Assembly (NCBI GenBank): GCA_964035545.1
Contig: OZ037769.1
Location: 12,864,633-12,928,632 of the forward strand
Reading direction: 5' to 3'
From: Bugula neritina
Taxonomy: Eukaryota; Animalia; Bryozoa
DNA: 64,000 bases
In this document: one piece after another, positions 11,952 through 24,200 of the stretch
Position numbering within the stretch: the first letter of the stretch is position 1
Layout of the letters: every line of letters starts with the position of its first letter
Position numbers and translations under genes: made by a program
Notes under the pieces: generated by a model
Seen by the model: only the letters and a program-made list of their open reading frames with translations
What the model was told of the DNA's origin: nothing
Databases searched by the model: none

Positions 11952-11968
11952 GAATAGGAATACAAGAC

Positions 11969-14900
11969 TTATACTGGCTTACCTGGGAACTCGGTATTAA
12001 TGTCCATACTCAACGTTCTTGGTAAGATTGGAGCTGGTTGTGAGATACGTCTGCCTTTGGCGATGTCAGCATAAGAAAAGGCTGAGCATCGTTTCTGAGG
12101 CACGAGGTCGGAACTATTTGCTTTACGCGCATTAATTCCTCCCACTATTCCGCCCTCGCAAAAGTTGATATTTGCGTGGGGTTCACAACTCCAACATTTT
12201 ATCGTACGGTTTTCCCCTAGACTTTCATGTGCGCCGCTTCTAATGCAGTCACATATGAAGTCTTTTAAATATGGTGGGGGTTTCCTCGTACGCTGTCCCC
12301 TTTCTAGGGGGGGTGACACGCTTGCCGGTTCGTTAGTAGGGGCCTCTAATGGCGTCTCTACTTCACCGTTAGCGGTCACCTCTTCTTGTTCTCTGGATGG
12401 AGCCCCTCCCTCCGTGGGGGTTTGCACTTCCGGAACCGGCTCGGTTTCTGGAAGTGATGGAATTAGACTTGGCGGTGGCGGACACGCTTCTGTTGACAAA
12501 AGCTGCCGCTCCTCTCTCACCAAGTTTTCTTCCCGCGGTATGACCACTTCGTATTCAGGTCCATGCCGCCGTCGCCCGCGCGTTGTTGTCTGCCTCCTGG
12601 GCTCTAACAACGGGGGGGCTTCTCCCACTCCGTCGGGGCTAGCCCAATACGGCTTCAAGCGAGACTCATTCTGGATAGACACCTGTCCTGAGCGCTCAAT
12701 CTTGTACGTATGATTGGGCATAGCCTCGACGATCACGTAGGGTCCTACGAACTTAGGCTTCAGTTTATCAGCCTGTCCGCGACGCCTACGGTAATTGACC
12801 ATCCACACCTTATCTCCCGTTTGGTAGAGAGGTGGTTCATCGGAATCTTCGTGCCGCACCTTCCACTGCTGTTCGCGCAGTATATCGTGTGCGGCCTTCA
12901 TCCGTTCCACTAGTTCACTGGCATACTCGTGAACCGAGTTGTCTTGCTCTGGAACGTGATAGGTGAGATGGTCAGGGACACGAGTCTCTCCCGAGCATCA
13001 AGAGGTTTGGGGTCTCACCAGTACTGGTGTGTGGGGTGCTACGGTATGCACGCATGACTTGCGGCAACACCGTATCCCATTCCTCTTGACCTCGTCCAAG
13101 GAGGAGACTCCGGAGTGCATCACCTAGCATCCGGTTGTTGCGCTCCACCACCCCGTTACCTTGAGGGTGGTAGGGGGTGGTCCTGCTCTGATTTACTCCC
13201 CAGAGGTGGCAAAGGTCGTTCATCAGTTGAGACTGGAATTGAGCGCCTTGATCAGAGTGTATCTGTTCGGGAAGCCCAAAATAACAGAATACATGTTGGT
13301 CTAGTGCCCTGGCCACTGTTGGGGCTGATGCATCTGGGATAGCCAGAGCATCCGCCCACCTAGTAAAGTGGTCGGTTAGTACTAGGATCCAATTATTGCC
13401 TCTGGGGGTCAGGGGCATGGGTCCGACCAGGTCTACAGCGACTACTTGCCAGGGCCTACCAGAATATAGCCTCCGCCGTCCTGCTTCACCAGGGGGGCGG
13501 CTATGCTTACTGGCCTGGCAGATATCACACTGTTTGACTCTGAGTCGGACGTCACGCTCCATTTGTGGCCAATACCACCGGAGTCGTAATTTGGATATCA
13601 CTCTCTTGACCCCTGCGTGGGCCTGTTTGTGAGTATCCCAAATCAACTCACGGCGGATGGCCGTGGGGCAGACTACCCTCTTCCTTTCCGGGTGTCTGCC
13701 GCTGGCAGCTAGGGAGATGGTTAGTAACCCATCCTGCCCGATCCGCAGCGAGTCCCAACGCTGACAGTATAGCCGGAACTCGGCGCATCCCTGTCGTATG
13801 CGTTCCTCACTGGGTCGTCGCCCTTCCCTTTTGGCCCGGTATATGTCTGCCACGACTCCAGGCAGCTCTTCTTGGAGCTTCCTCTTCTCTCGAACATTAC
13901 CGGCCAGTACAGGGTTGGCGCGGAGGTTTTGCACATCCTCCGGGGACTCATCAACTCCTTGCCTGAGTTGACCCTGGTCCCAGTCAAACGGTGCTCCGTG
14001 ATGAGCCAGCGTCTCCAACTCGCATCGCGGGGGACCTCCATCCCTCCTCTCGATGTTGAGACACTGTTTGCAACCTCCGTCAGGTCGGCGACTCAACCCA
14101 TCCGCATTGCTGTGTCTCTTGCCCGGTCGATGTTCGATCCGGTATGAGAATTCAGCTAGGATTTCGAGCCACCGGGCGACCTGACTAGAGGGCTCTGCTC
14201 TCTTGCACAACCAGATCAGCGAGGCATGATCCGTACGCAGCCGGAACTTCCTGCCGTATAGGTATGGTCTGAAGTGCTTCACTGACTTGATTACTGCCAG
14301 CAGCTCCTTGCGGGTAGTGCAGTAGTTCCGTTCAGCGGGTGAGAGAGACTTGCTGTAGTAGGCTACTACTACCTCTCGGCCTTCCTGCACTTGTGACAGC
14401 ACAGCGCCAACATTTTGGTCACTGGCGTCCGTGTCGAGGATGTACTCCAGAGTGGGGTCTGGGTAGGCCAAGATGGGCGCCGTTAGTAGGCAGCCCTTGA
14501 GGCGGTCGAACGCTTCTTGTTCGACTGGGGTCCACTGCCACGTCACTCCCTTTGCGGTGAGCCGGTTTAACGGCTGGGCTATGCCCGCAAAGTCCGGTAT
14601 GTATTGCCTGTAATACCCTACCAGCCCCAAGAAAGCCCGGAGTCCGGTCAAGTCTTGGGGGGTGACCCAGTCTTCTACCGCCCGTACCTTTTCGGGATCC
14701 GTTGCCACGCCGTTTCGACCGACAACGTGCCCCAGGTACTTGACCTCCGGCTGCAATAGAGCGCACTTGGAAGGTTTGAGCTTAAGACCGGCACCTCGGA
14801 GTCTCTCGAAAACCTCCTGCAGACGACTGACATGTGTCTCGAAGTCTGGAGAGATTACGATGACATCATCGAGGTAGACCAGCAGTGTCTTCCAATGGAG

Positions 14901-16265
14901 TCCGCTAAGGACTTGTTCCATCAGCCTCTGGAAGGTGGCTGGGGCGGAGGTTAAACCGAAGGGCAGCACCTTCCACTTCCACAGCCCGTCCCGTGTGATA
15001 AACGCCGCTTTCTCCTGGGCGTCGGGACTCAGAGGGACTTGCCAATAGCCACTCAGCAAGTCTAATGTACTGAAGTACTGAAGTACTTGCTGCCGGCTAA
15101 GGCGTCCAAGGACTCGTCAATACGAGGTAGAGGGTAGGCGTCCTGTATGGTTACGTTATTGAGTTTACGGTAATCCACACAGAACCGCCAACTGCCGTCT
15201 TTCTTCCGGACCAGTACGACCGGTGAGCTCCACGCACTATGGGCGGGCTCTATGAGGCCGCGGTCCAGAAGATCCCGTACTTGTCGGCTAACCTCCTTCT
15301 CCTTTTCCGGCCCCAGCCTGCGTGTGGGCTGCCGGACAGGGACTGTCCCTGCAGTCAGCGGTATTTCGTGTCTGACAACTCCAGTCAGCCCCACGTCATG
15401 ATCTCCGCTACTGAACACATCACCGTAGTCGCGTAGCAACTTCGCCATAGCTTGGCGTTCCTTGTTGCTCGCGCAGCCGCCACAGGCTGTTTCATATAAC
15501 TCCCGGAGATGTGTTGGGACTGCCCCTCGTCCCTGAATAGGGTGTCGAGGGGGTGCCTCCGTCGCGTCACCCAGCGACGGGCCCACGTCCTCTTCCTGGA
15601 CGGAGTGGAACCGGCCCAGCATTGACCCAGCTGGGAGCTCAATGGGCTCGGTAAAGGGGTTGACACACTGCACTAAGACCTCCCCTCGCTCAGTTAGTCG
15701 GTTTAAACTACTGGCGAGTTGGATCCTTTCGTGCGCGCCTTCAACGACCCCGAGCCTGGCTATCCGGTTGCTGTTCACTCGGCAGTGGATAGTAGCTCTG
15801 GAGCGTCCGGGCACGGTGCAGTTTCGAACTACCTGAACACCGCCCACCAGAGGACGCCCAAACTTATCCACACAGGCGAGTTCTCGCCCGCCCATCAGCA
15901 CCACCGACTTGCTAGTCTATTCGGCACTGGTGTTGCTTCAAGAAGGGCATTCCGAGGATAGCATCTTCCTCCAGTTGACCTATGACAAAGGTCTCCTGTA
16001 CAGCCTGGTCTCTGACACGCCCAGGGAGCTCGATAATACCATAAAAAGGAATACATGACCCGTCTGCCAGGGTGCCATGTTCCCCAGTATACGGTCGTAC
16101 TCTATCCCTGTCCCGGCGGGGCAGTGCCTCAAAGACTCTACGACTGAGAAGGTTGGTAGTACAACCGGAGTCGAGCAGGAAAGTGACGGCGTTGCCGGCC
16201 ACCTTTCCGGGTAGGAAATAGCTCTCTCCATGTGGCTGTACTTTCACCCCCCCCCCCCCCCGCAT
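11969..16265 (-). pseudogene. pol: Gypsy pol (protease, RT, RNase H, integrase with GPY/F and a long C-terminal tail), broken by frameshifts into ORFs 15912-16265, 15062-15904, 12972-15059 and 11969-12910
   Basis: Protease FLLDSGCTTN...ILGMPFL. RT WSSPVVLVRKKDGSWRFCVDYRKLN, LPFGLTSAPATFQRLM, YLDDV. RH DTDASD...ELLAV...TDH. IN H-x3-H...CDIC, VDLVGP, SDQGAQF, GVVERNNR, PKFVGPY. Frame breaks at ~15912, ~15062-15085 (8-bp duplication) and ~12985. Confidence 0.95.
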
Positions 16266-17421
16266 GTGCTGTCCTGGATTGGTAGGACGGCGGGGGTTTC
16301 ACCCGTGGTTTACGGGGTTTCCGGCGGCGAGGTTGGTGCCGGCGGGGTTTGGGGCTCTCTACTGGGCCTTCTGGCTCTATTTCAGTGGCGGGCTCCTCTT
16401 CCCGAGGTAACCGGTGGAACCGGTTGGCGAGTGGCAGGGAGAAGGTACTCGGCCGTTGTGCGGGCCTACTAGTCCTGCGTGGTACCTGCCACTCGGGTGG
16501 GGTGTTCCGCCGTGTCCGTACGGACAGACGACGGCGTGTCCCACCATACTCTTTCAGTTGCGGCCCGCGGGGAGGGAGAGTGTCCGCGGGCCGTGACAGT
16601 TTAACGCCCCCCTGGTATTGGGGTCGTCCTTTCTGTCCCTGGTCCTGACCAGCACCACTCCAGCCTTGCCCCACAGGCGTTGGGGGCACCCACAGGGCCT
16701 GACCGGGGCTAGCACCGGCCAGAATGGTTACCAGTTGTCCCAGCATCTCTACCATACGGTCCACTTCGGCTTCCAGCGGGAGGGCTTCGGGACCTGTCGT
16801 AGCCCTGGCAGCGCTGACTCCAACTACTGGTGGGTTGTGTTGTGCTCGATGCATTTGGGTAGCCAACAGGTAAGCTTCTCCAGCCTTCAGGGCATCCTCT
16901 ATTCTGGTTATCCCTTTAGCTCGTAGTTGATGTTGTAGGCCCAGGTCGTTTAGTGACTGGACAAAGGCGTCATAGGTGTAACGCTCTTGGTGTTGTGCTG
17001 GCAGATCGCTATACGCACTCTGCGCCAGCCTCTTCACCGTCGCGGCATGTTCTTGCAGCGAGGTCCGCGGGGTGCGGCACAATCTCTCTAGCTTGGTCCT
17101 AGCGTCTATTGCGGAGATGCCAAAACGGGCCCGCAGCGCAGCCAGTATCCCGTTTACGTCCGTTCCCACTCCGTACGGCTTGGCTTGTTCCGTCACCGCT
17201 CTCCGCAGTTGGATAAGGGCCACTCTATGCGGCCATTGAGCAACCTCCATTACCTCTCTAAATTCTTGTATAAATTGTTCGACATCTTCCGACCCAGTAA
17301 AGGTGGGAGCTTTCAAGCAATGTCTATAAGCTTCTTCTCCCTCACGATTCACAGGATTAACAGCATTTCTACGCTCACCTTCTACTGGGGGTGGTTGCAT
17401 TCTAGCATTTTCAGTCTCCAT
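16138..17421 (-). CDS. gag: Gypsy gag (capsid-like); probably originally fused in frame to pol through the G-run at 16247-16261
   Basis: ATG 14 nt after the PBS. LKAPTFTGSEDVEQFIQEF...W...L...ALRARFG is typical of Ty3/Gypsy gag. The last ~35 codons after the G15 run are out of frame with the protease. Confidence 0.85.
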   Translation of the reverse strand: METENARMQPPPVEGERRNAVNPVNREGEEAYRHCLKAPTFTGSEDVEQFIQEFREVMEVAQWPHRVALIQLRRAVTEQAKPYGVGTDVNGILAALRARFGISAIDARTKLERLCRTPRTSLQEHAATVKRLAQSAYSDLPAQHQERYTYDAFVQSLNDLGLQHQLRAKGITRIEDALKAGEAYLLATQMHRAQHNPPVVGVSAARATTGPEALPLEAEVDRMVEMLGQLVTILAGASPGQALWVPPTPVGQGWSGAGQDQGQKGRPQYQGGVKLSRPADTLPPRGPQLKEYGGTRRRLSVRTRRNTPPEWQVPRRTSRPAQRPSTFSLPLANRFHRLPREEEPATEIEPEGPVESPKPRRHQPRRRKPRKPRVKPPPSYQSRTAHAGGGGGESTATWRELFPTRKGGRQRRHFPARLRLYYQPSQS

Positions 17422-17435
17422 CTTTGATGTACACT

Positions 17436-17453
17436 ATCCCACTGCTGCCACCA
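17436..17453 (-). other. Primer-binding site complementary to the tRNA-Leu 3' end
   Basis: Minus strand TGGTGGCAGCAGTGGGAT, 1 nt inside the 5' LTR. Plus strand ATCCCACTGCTGCCACCA matches the metazoan tRNA-Leu(AAG/TAG) 3' end plus CCA. Confidence 0.85.
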
Positions 17454-17454
17454 C

Positions 17455-17760
17455 TGTTATAATTTTCAGATTTAGGGTCGATGTGCCACCAAGAGAGTCT
17501 ATTTATCACTAGAGGAACTTCACCGAGTTAAGTCGAGTAGATATCGTTATATTTTAATACAAGAATACATAATAAAATCTAATGTACAACAGTAATGATA
17601 CGCACGTCTATTTAATTTACAGCACTATCCTCAACTGAGCTAGTAGCGCGAAGCTGCTACTATTACTCATAAAACAGCCTAGCTAATTGGCTAATACATT
17701 GTTCCGGGTCAATACGCAACCTTGCGTATTGTGTTGCTGGTAGCTCCACGAGCCACCACA
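17455..17760 (-). repeat. 5' LTR (306 bp)
   Basis: Direct repeat of 10300-10605. Contains CCAAT, a TCAGTT Inr-like motif and ATTAAA on the minus strand. Confidence 0.97.
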
Positions 17761-20700
17761 ATATGAGACTAAGTAATAAGTATAACTACCACTTACATTT
17801 GAGCTAATGTTGTTACAGATAATGCTAAACTGTTACTGCTAGTGTTGATGTTACTGTTACTGTTACTGTTAGACTTACTCTTACACCTGACTTAGTGACT
17901 TACAGTCTTAGTATTATTTTAATACTTGCAGTTGCTGAGTTGTTTAATCATTAATTTTAAATTCAATGCTACACAAAACTATAACTACAGTTTAAAATTT
18001 ATTGCTAACCTCAAGTTAACGTTTTTCTTTGAGCTTCAGCTTATACTAAATTATTTGAAGTTGAATTACTTATTAAATTAGTTAGTTATTTCAATTTGAT
18101 TTGGCACTTTCTCATTCTGAGGTCAAACTAAAAGTAAAACTCGAACTCCAAGACTAAAAGTAGAGGCAAAGCAAAACTCAGAAATGCACTATCACTAAGA
18201 GTAACTGTAAGTGACTATGACTACTATGAGACTGAGTAGGAGTATGACTATAATATTAATTAATAATTATTACATTTATATTTTTATTTTATTATCATTA
18301 TGATCTACATGATTCTGATCATGATTGCAACATTAACATAAATACTAAAAGTCAAATTTCTCTTCTATCTCATTTTAAATTGAGGGTGGAGACTTACCTT
18401 AATTCTAGGCTTAAAATAATTTAATTTAATTTTATATAAAGTAATAGTAATACTAATACTAATAGTAATATTAATAGTAGTAACTAGTAGTGCAATTCTC
18501 ACGTTGTACTTGAGCCACTACTTTAGTAGTTGGAGATTGTAGTCTGTGAAGAGTGCACGAAAGTATGACTCTATTTAATTATATAGTACGAGTAAAATTT
18601 GCGTGCAGATAATTTGATCTCGTCAATAGATTCGTCCTTGCGAGGTCAAAAGCATGTGCGTTTTCGGTTTAACATTTGTTGATAACGAGTCAAAAGTTTT
18701 AAATGCTATAAGATTTAAACCACAGCTTAGAAAAGCGAGCGTTCCTTTAACTTTTTATCGCACTGTCGTAAAAAATTCATTCAATTTCCTATGTGACTAG
18801 CTTTATCTTAATCTGTAGACCCGCAGCTATTGAACTGAGAGGTTGTGTTGGTTTAAGTTTAACTTCATGCCATATTAATAATAATATTATTAATATTGAT
18901 ATTCATATTGATATTGTCATTGTGAAACTGACAGTGAATGAGTGATACTGATAATGTTAATCATGATTGCTATACTGTTACACATACTTATAAGTTATGG
19001 GCTTAGTCTTAATCTTATGGCTATTGATAATTGTAATTGTATCGCTATCACTATCAGTATCACATTCACAGTATGAGTATCAATATCATTAGATTTAGTG
19101 AGTATCACTATCAGTATCAGTATGAGCATTGTAATAAGACAACTCAACAGGTTAAAATTAAAAATATTAAATCAAAATGAAATTTTGAATGTAGCTACTA
19201 GTTCAGACTCAGAGTCGTAGTACTAGTACTGGTAGTGCTCCTGCTTTTTAGTTTGTGCAATTACTATCATGATTATCCTAATCATAATGCTAATACTAAT
19301 ACCTTACTAATACTAATAGTAATAGTATAACTAATACTGCATTTTCTACTATAGTAATACTAAATCTAATACGTTATAATAATACTAGTAGTAGTAATAC
19401 TAATAAACTAATAGTAATACGTATTCTTAGTTTTATAATACTAATAGTATTATTAATTATATTTATATGTACTAATAAAATTGAAAATAGTTATACTTAT
19501 AGTTATAGTAACATTTATGAAATCCTCCACCCATAACATGAATACCCTTATTAATACCTTCATTGCTATAGCCTGCGATTCCAGCCTGTACCTGCCGAGT
19601 TTCCTGTTGCGCACTGTCTCGGAGCTCCGTACGGGAGGGGGGAGGAGATAGTCAGTATGATAGTGGCAGATTTCTGACCCCAGAGGCTAGATAGATCCGA
19701 GGGTCCCACAATTACTCTCTCCGAGAGGTTTTGGGATTTAACTCAATCAAGATCAAGAACACTCACTCTCAGTAAATGTGATAGTCCCACTGATAGTAAT
19801 GCTAATATTATTAGTATTACTAATAGTAATACTTTAACTTATATTTATTGAGTTATACAGTTACATTTATGGTGAATGAGTGATACTCCTACTGAAAATG
19901 ATCTCATCTTGCAGTATCAATATGAATATGAATAATAATATTTGCTATGAATAGTATTACTGTATGACTATGAGTATTACATTTTGATTTCAAATCTATT
20001 AGATTTAGTTGTTTTCAAACTAGATTTGAATTAAATTTGAAAGCAATCCGTTTTGCAACCTTAACCAATTACTATAAAATTATAAATATTAATTAAAATA
20101 GTTATTTAAATTAATATAAAACCGAAGCGTCATTAAGTTTAATAATGTAATTATTTGTTATACTGATACTTAAAATTAAAAATCATACCCATACCATTTT
20201 ATCATTATGATTCTTCATAATTTATATAATTGTTTAATATATATAATTACTCAAATTAGTAATATTGTAATTATGAATAGTTATCATAGTCATAGCTATA
20301 ATGATAGAGTTAGAGCTAAACTATTACACAGGTCATAGTGGAATTTCAATTTGGTTTCAGGCTCAATATGGGTATATTAGACTTACTTTTAATGTTAGTA
20401 TTATCTAATAGCCATAGTGATAATAATAGTGATTACATGTGGTATTCTTAATTCATAGCACTTATTTCTAGTAATTTAGTGTGATCATATTCACTTTCTC
20501 CATGAGCATATTAATAATAAAATTCATATCGATATAACGATGGCAATACTATTACTAACGATAAAAATGTTCAGATTAATATTAGTAGTACTAATAGTCA
20601 TACTAATGTTAATAGTCATACTAGATGGGTTAGTCGCATTTGTTAATATTGAACTATCACTAACACAATCTCTGTGACTGGTCCTAAGCTAATACTATTT

Positions 20701-21288
20701 ACTTTTGATTGGTTGTTTAATAGTTCGCTGGTAGCAGCAAATATAGATATTCCTAAAGTTATTATCATTATTAAAATATTATGATAATGCACATTATCTT
20801 AATACAATATTTTATAGAGTCAAAATGTAATTCTTCAGACCTGTTTCCATGAATTGTAAACAAGAAATGTTCAGAACTGTCCACATTGTGAATAATAGAA
20901 GCTGCAGGTGTAATTAAATTACTAAAAATACTATCTTTCTAAAAGCATATTCTATTTTTTATATTTTCATTTGTTGGTATAAATAAAATCGGCTAGCATG
21001 TTCACTTCTTTGAGAGTCTCTACTTCCGTGTTCATTATATTTTATCTACTTACACGTAACAAAACTTTGAAAGGTTATTCCGTTTTACTAGACAGGTGTT
21101 GGCCAGTATCTTTACTCTTAAAAACTGTGAATAGCAATTCAGTCCTGCAATATTTCATCAAATATAGACATAATATGTGATTGGCACAGCCTTTTTAGAT
21201 TTGACTAGAATTTTACTCATTATTATTAGGATTCACACTCAGCAGCAAACAAAATGTTGTGACAATCAGTAGAGTGGAGACAATCAGA

Positions 21289-24200
21289 ATGAAGTTATTA
21301 CACCATCAGGTTATTATATTCACCCTTGGCTGGGTGGCCTATGCCAGCACCTACCTTCTACGTAAACCTATTGGAGTGGTGAGTTTTGTCTCGGTGTTTC
21401 TGATTGGTTAACCTTCTATATGTGGTACAAAACTCTAAGCTCATAACTAAGATTATTGTTTTCATTTTAAGGCACCAATAATATATAGAGTAAATTTTGT
21501 GTTTTCGTTGTAGTCTCGATAGATAATTTTGTAGCTGCGAATAATAGTAAAACAGTTAAACTATTCTATTGTTTTACTCAACATAGTTTAACTATACAAT
21601 ATACTCATAGATTTGTATCAGATATGAACCTTGTTTATGCTAGTGCTGTAGCTGTGTCAAATGTCAAATTGTATTTATCCTGTTAATCTTGTAATCTTAA
21701 AATAGAAATCTGCTTGAATCTACATAATACTAGAATATCCATAATATCGGCAAATTTTGTTCTTTCTGTTACTATAGAAAATAAATAGAATGTGTTTTAC
21801 AGATTCTCTACTGTAGATACAGCCAATTTGTAGAATTCCTTCCTTGCTATAGGTATAGTCAGTTTTAGTATTGAAGATAGTCAGCTATCTTTGATTAAAA
21901 TTTCTACAATAATTACTGTAATTATAACATAATATTGATATATTGGCACTAATAAATGGTCACCGATTCAAAGTTCATATTGTTGGCAGCCTTTCATGTT
22001 GTGGTAGAGAGAGACATTTTCACTGTTACCTGTTCAGATGTCCTGTAATCTATTCATGACATGTATTGTTCACTGTGGCAGCTCAAATCAGACATACAGA
22101 AGGAGCTGGAGCTGTCCACCACTCAGCTAGGTTGGTTCGATGTCTCTCTGTTGCTGCCTTACGCTGTCGCCCAGATGTTACTCGGATCTGTCGGGGATTC
22201 CATCGGGTCTCGTAAGACCCTCTCTCTCTGTCTCGTCTGCTCGGGATTGTCTATGGTAACCATGACTACGCAAATGACTGTCTATTGTACTAATAGTGAC
22301 TACATAATTTACTGTCTATTGTACTAGTAGTGACTACACAATTTACTGTCTATTGTACTAGTAGTGACTACACAATTGACTGTCTATTGTACTAGTAGTG
22401 ACTACACAATTGACTGTCTATTATACTAGTAGTGACTACACATTAACTTTTTATTGTACTAGTAGTGGTATAGTCTTATATCTCACTGTATGTGGTGAAG
22501 CAAAGAGGTAACAAACCATCAGTGGGGTTTCAACTCTTGCAGTCCCACACCACTTGACAGAGTCGAGTGTACTAGCTAGCCAGTAGGCTCTGCAAAGGTT
22601 TGAATCCTAGCGTGTCTTGTCTTCTCATATATTAATTTATTTTATTCATTTCCGGAAAAGTTTAATTAGAAAGTAGATAGTATAGTCTGCCACTCTAAAG
22701 GTAATAATGGTGGGGTCCATTCACTCTAATGTGGGCGCATTACATATTTAGTAGCAAAAAGACTTTGGCCATGGTGAATATTTGCTAATATTTATATATA
22801 TCTGTATAATTTTTACTTCCACTGAAAAGCAACCTGTGTGTAACTGTGACTGACAAGTTCATGGACTTAGGAAAGACACAGGTGTAAATAATAATCCACA
22901 ATATATTGTGAGCTTTGGTTAATCAGATGTTAACACTGGCTTGATAGTCATCTGTACTTAATGTGTTTGGCATAATATTTAGACTGAGATCTGCTAGTCT
23001 AGTTATAATTGCCAAGTCCATGGCTTCGTTTGTATGCATTCATTAAAATTACACTGTTTTGTGATTGTGTACTATATACACAATATACAACCAGTTGATA
23101 GTTGAAAGTTGCATCTGCCTTGGTATTTTGTATCTTTTTCAACATAGACCACTTCAGACACTATACTGTCAACTGATTTTGCTAACACTTCATAAGAATT
23201 TTAAGCTATTTCTTTCAAAATTAGTCAAGGTTTTCTTATAAAGTCTTTGAGTTTTCTGTTGGAAAGTGTGATAGGTGCAATAGAGCGGGAATACATAATA
23301 CAATATACCTAGACACACACGCGCGCGCACACATACACTCACACACACACACCGACATACAGTGCTGTGAAAAAGTTTAAGGGCGCCTCATTGTTTTCCA
23401 TAATAGCAATGTTCCAAGCTAATTTCAAGACATAACAAAAGCATTTCCATAGACATGATGCCTATCAAAATGATCCTTAAGATCTCCTTATCTCATTTAT
23501 ATAAATTATTAGTGTCTCTTTTCACTTCCTTTCAAAATTTGGGTGAAACAATGAGATACTATGCATATATGGGAATTATTCGATGCTCTCACAATTTGTG
23601 TGTACTATAGGACATCAAAATATTTTACTTGAAACATAGAAAAATATTATATGTGATTTGTTATATACATTATAGCAGCATTGCAACACACAGTGCTTTA
23701 AATTTTAGTATCAATGTTTTGTTGGCCAGCCTTTATTCTCAATCACAAGTCGGCAGCCACTAGGCATCAACTCGTACAGCTTCTCCAACTCGTTTTCAGT
23801 CACGACATGATGCCATGCATAAATTACAGGCTCTATGAGTGTCACCTTAGTTGTTGGCTTCTGTGAAGAGATTATTTTAGCCATTCTTGACCATGAATTT
23901 CTTATTGGGTTCAAGTCCTGGCTCTGTGCTGGCCAGTTAAGCATTGAGACTCTCTGCTTTTTCATCCACTCTTCAACAGTTTTTACCCAATGGCATGGTG
24001 CATTGTCATCTTCAAATATGTTAATTTCATTTAAAAAGAAGAATTTTTATAATTGGAAAAAGTTTAGCATCAAGATTCTCTATGTATTTTTGGGCATTAA
24101 CATCATTCTAGAGCAATTACTGAGACGACCTACACCTTTTGGTGTTATACAATCCTAGAACATAACACCGATAGGGTGCTTGATTGTTCGAAGAATACAT

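Larger units (their letters stand above)
10300..17760 (-). mobile_element. Full-length Ty3/Gypsy LTR retrotransposon (gag-PR-RT-RH-IN) with an extra 3' zinc-finger ORF
   Basis: Two 306-bp TG...CA LTRs that look identical by eye. 4-bp TSD ATAT (10296-10299 / 17761-17764). tRNA-Leu PBS and PPT present. Pol domain order is PR-RT-RH-IN. Confidence 0.97.

Noticed and set aside
12165-12713. 182-aa antisense ORF and other short plus-strand ORFs in the retrotransposon
   Set aside because: Shadows of the GC-rich pol/gag coding strand with no recognisable motifs.
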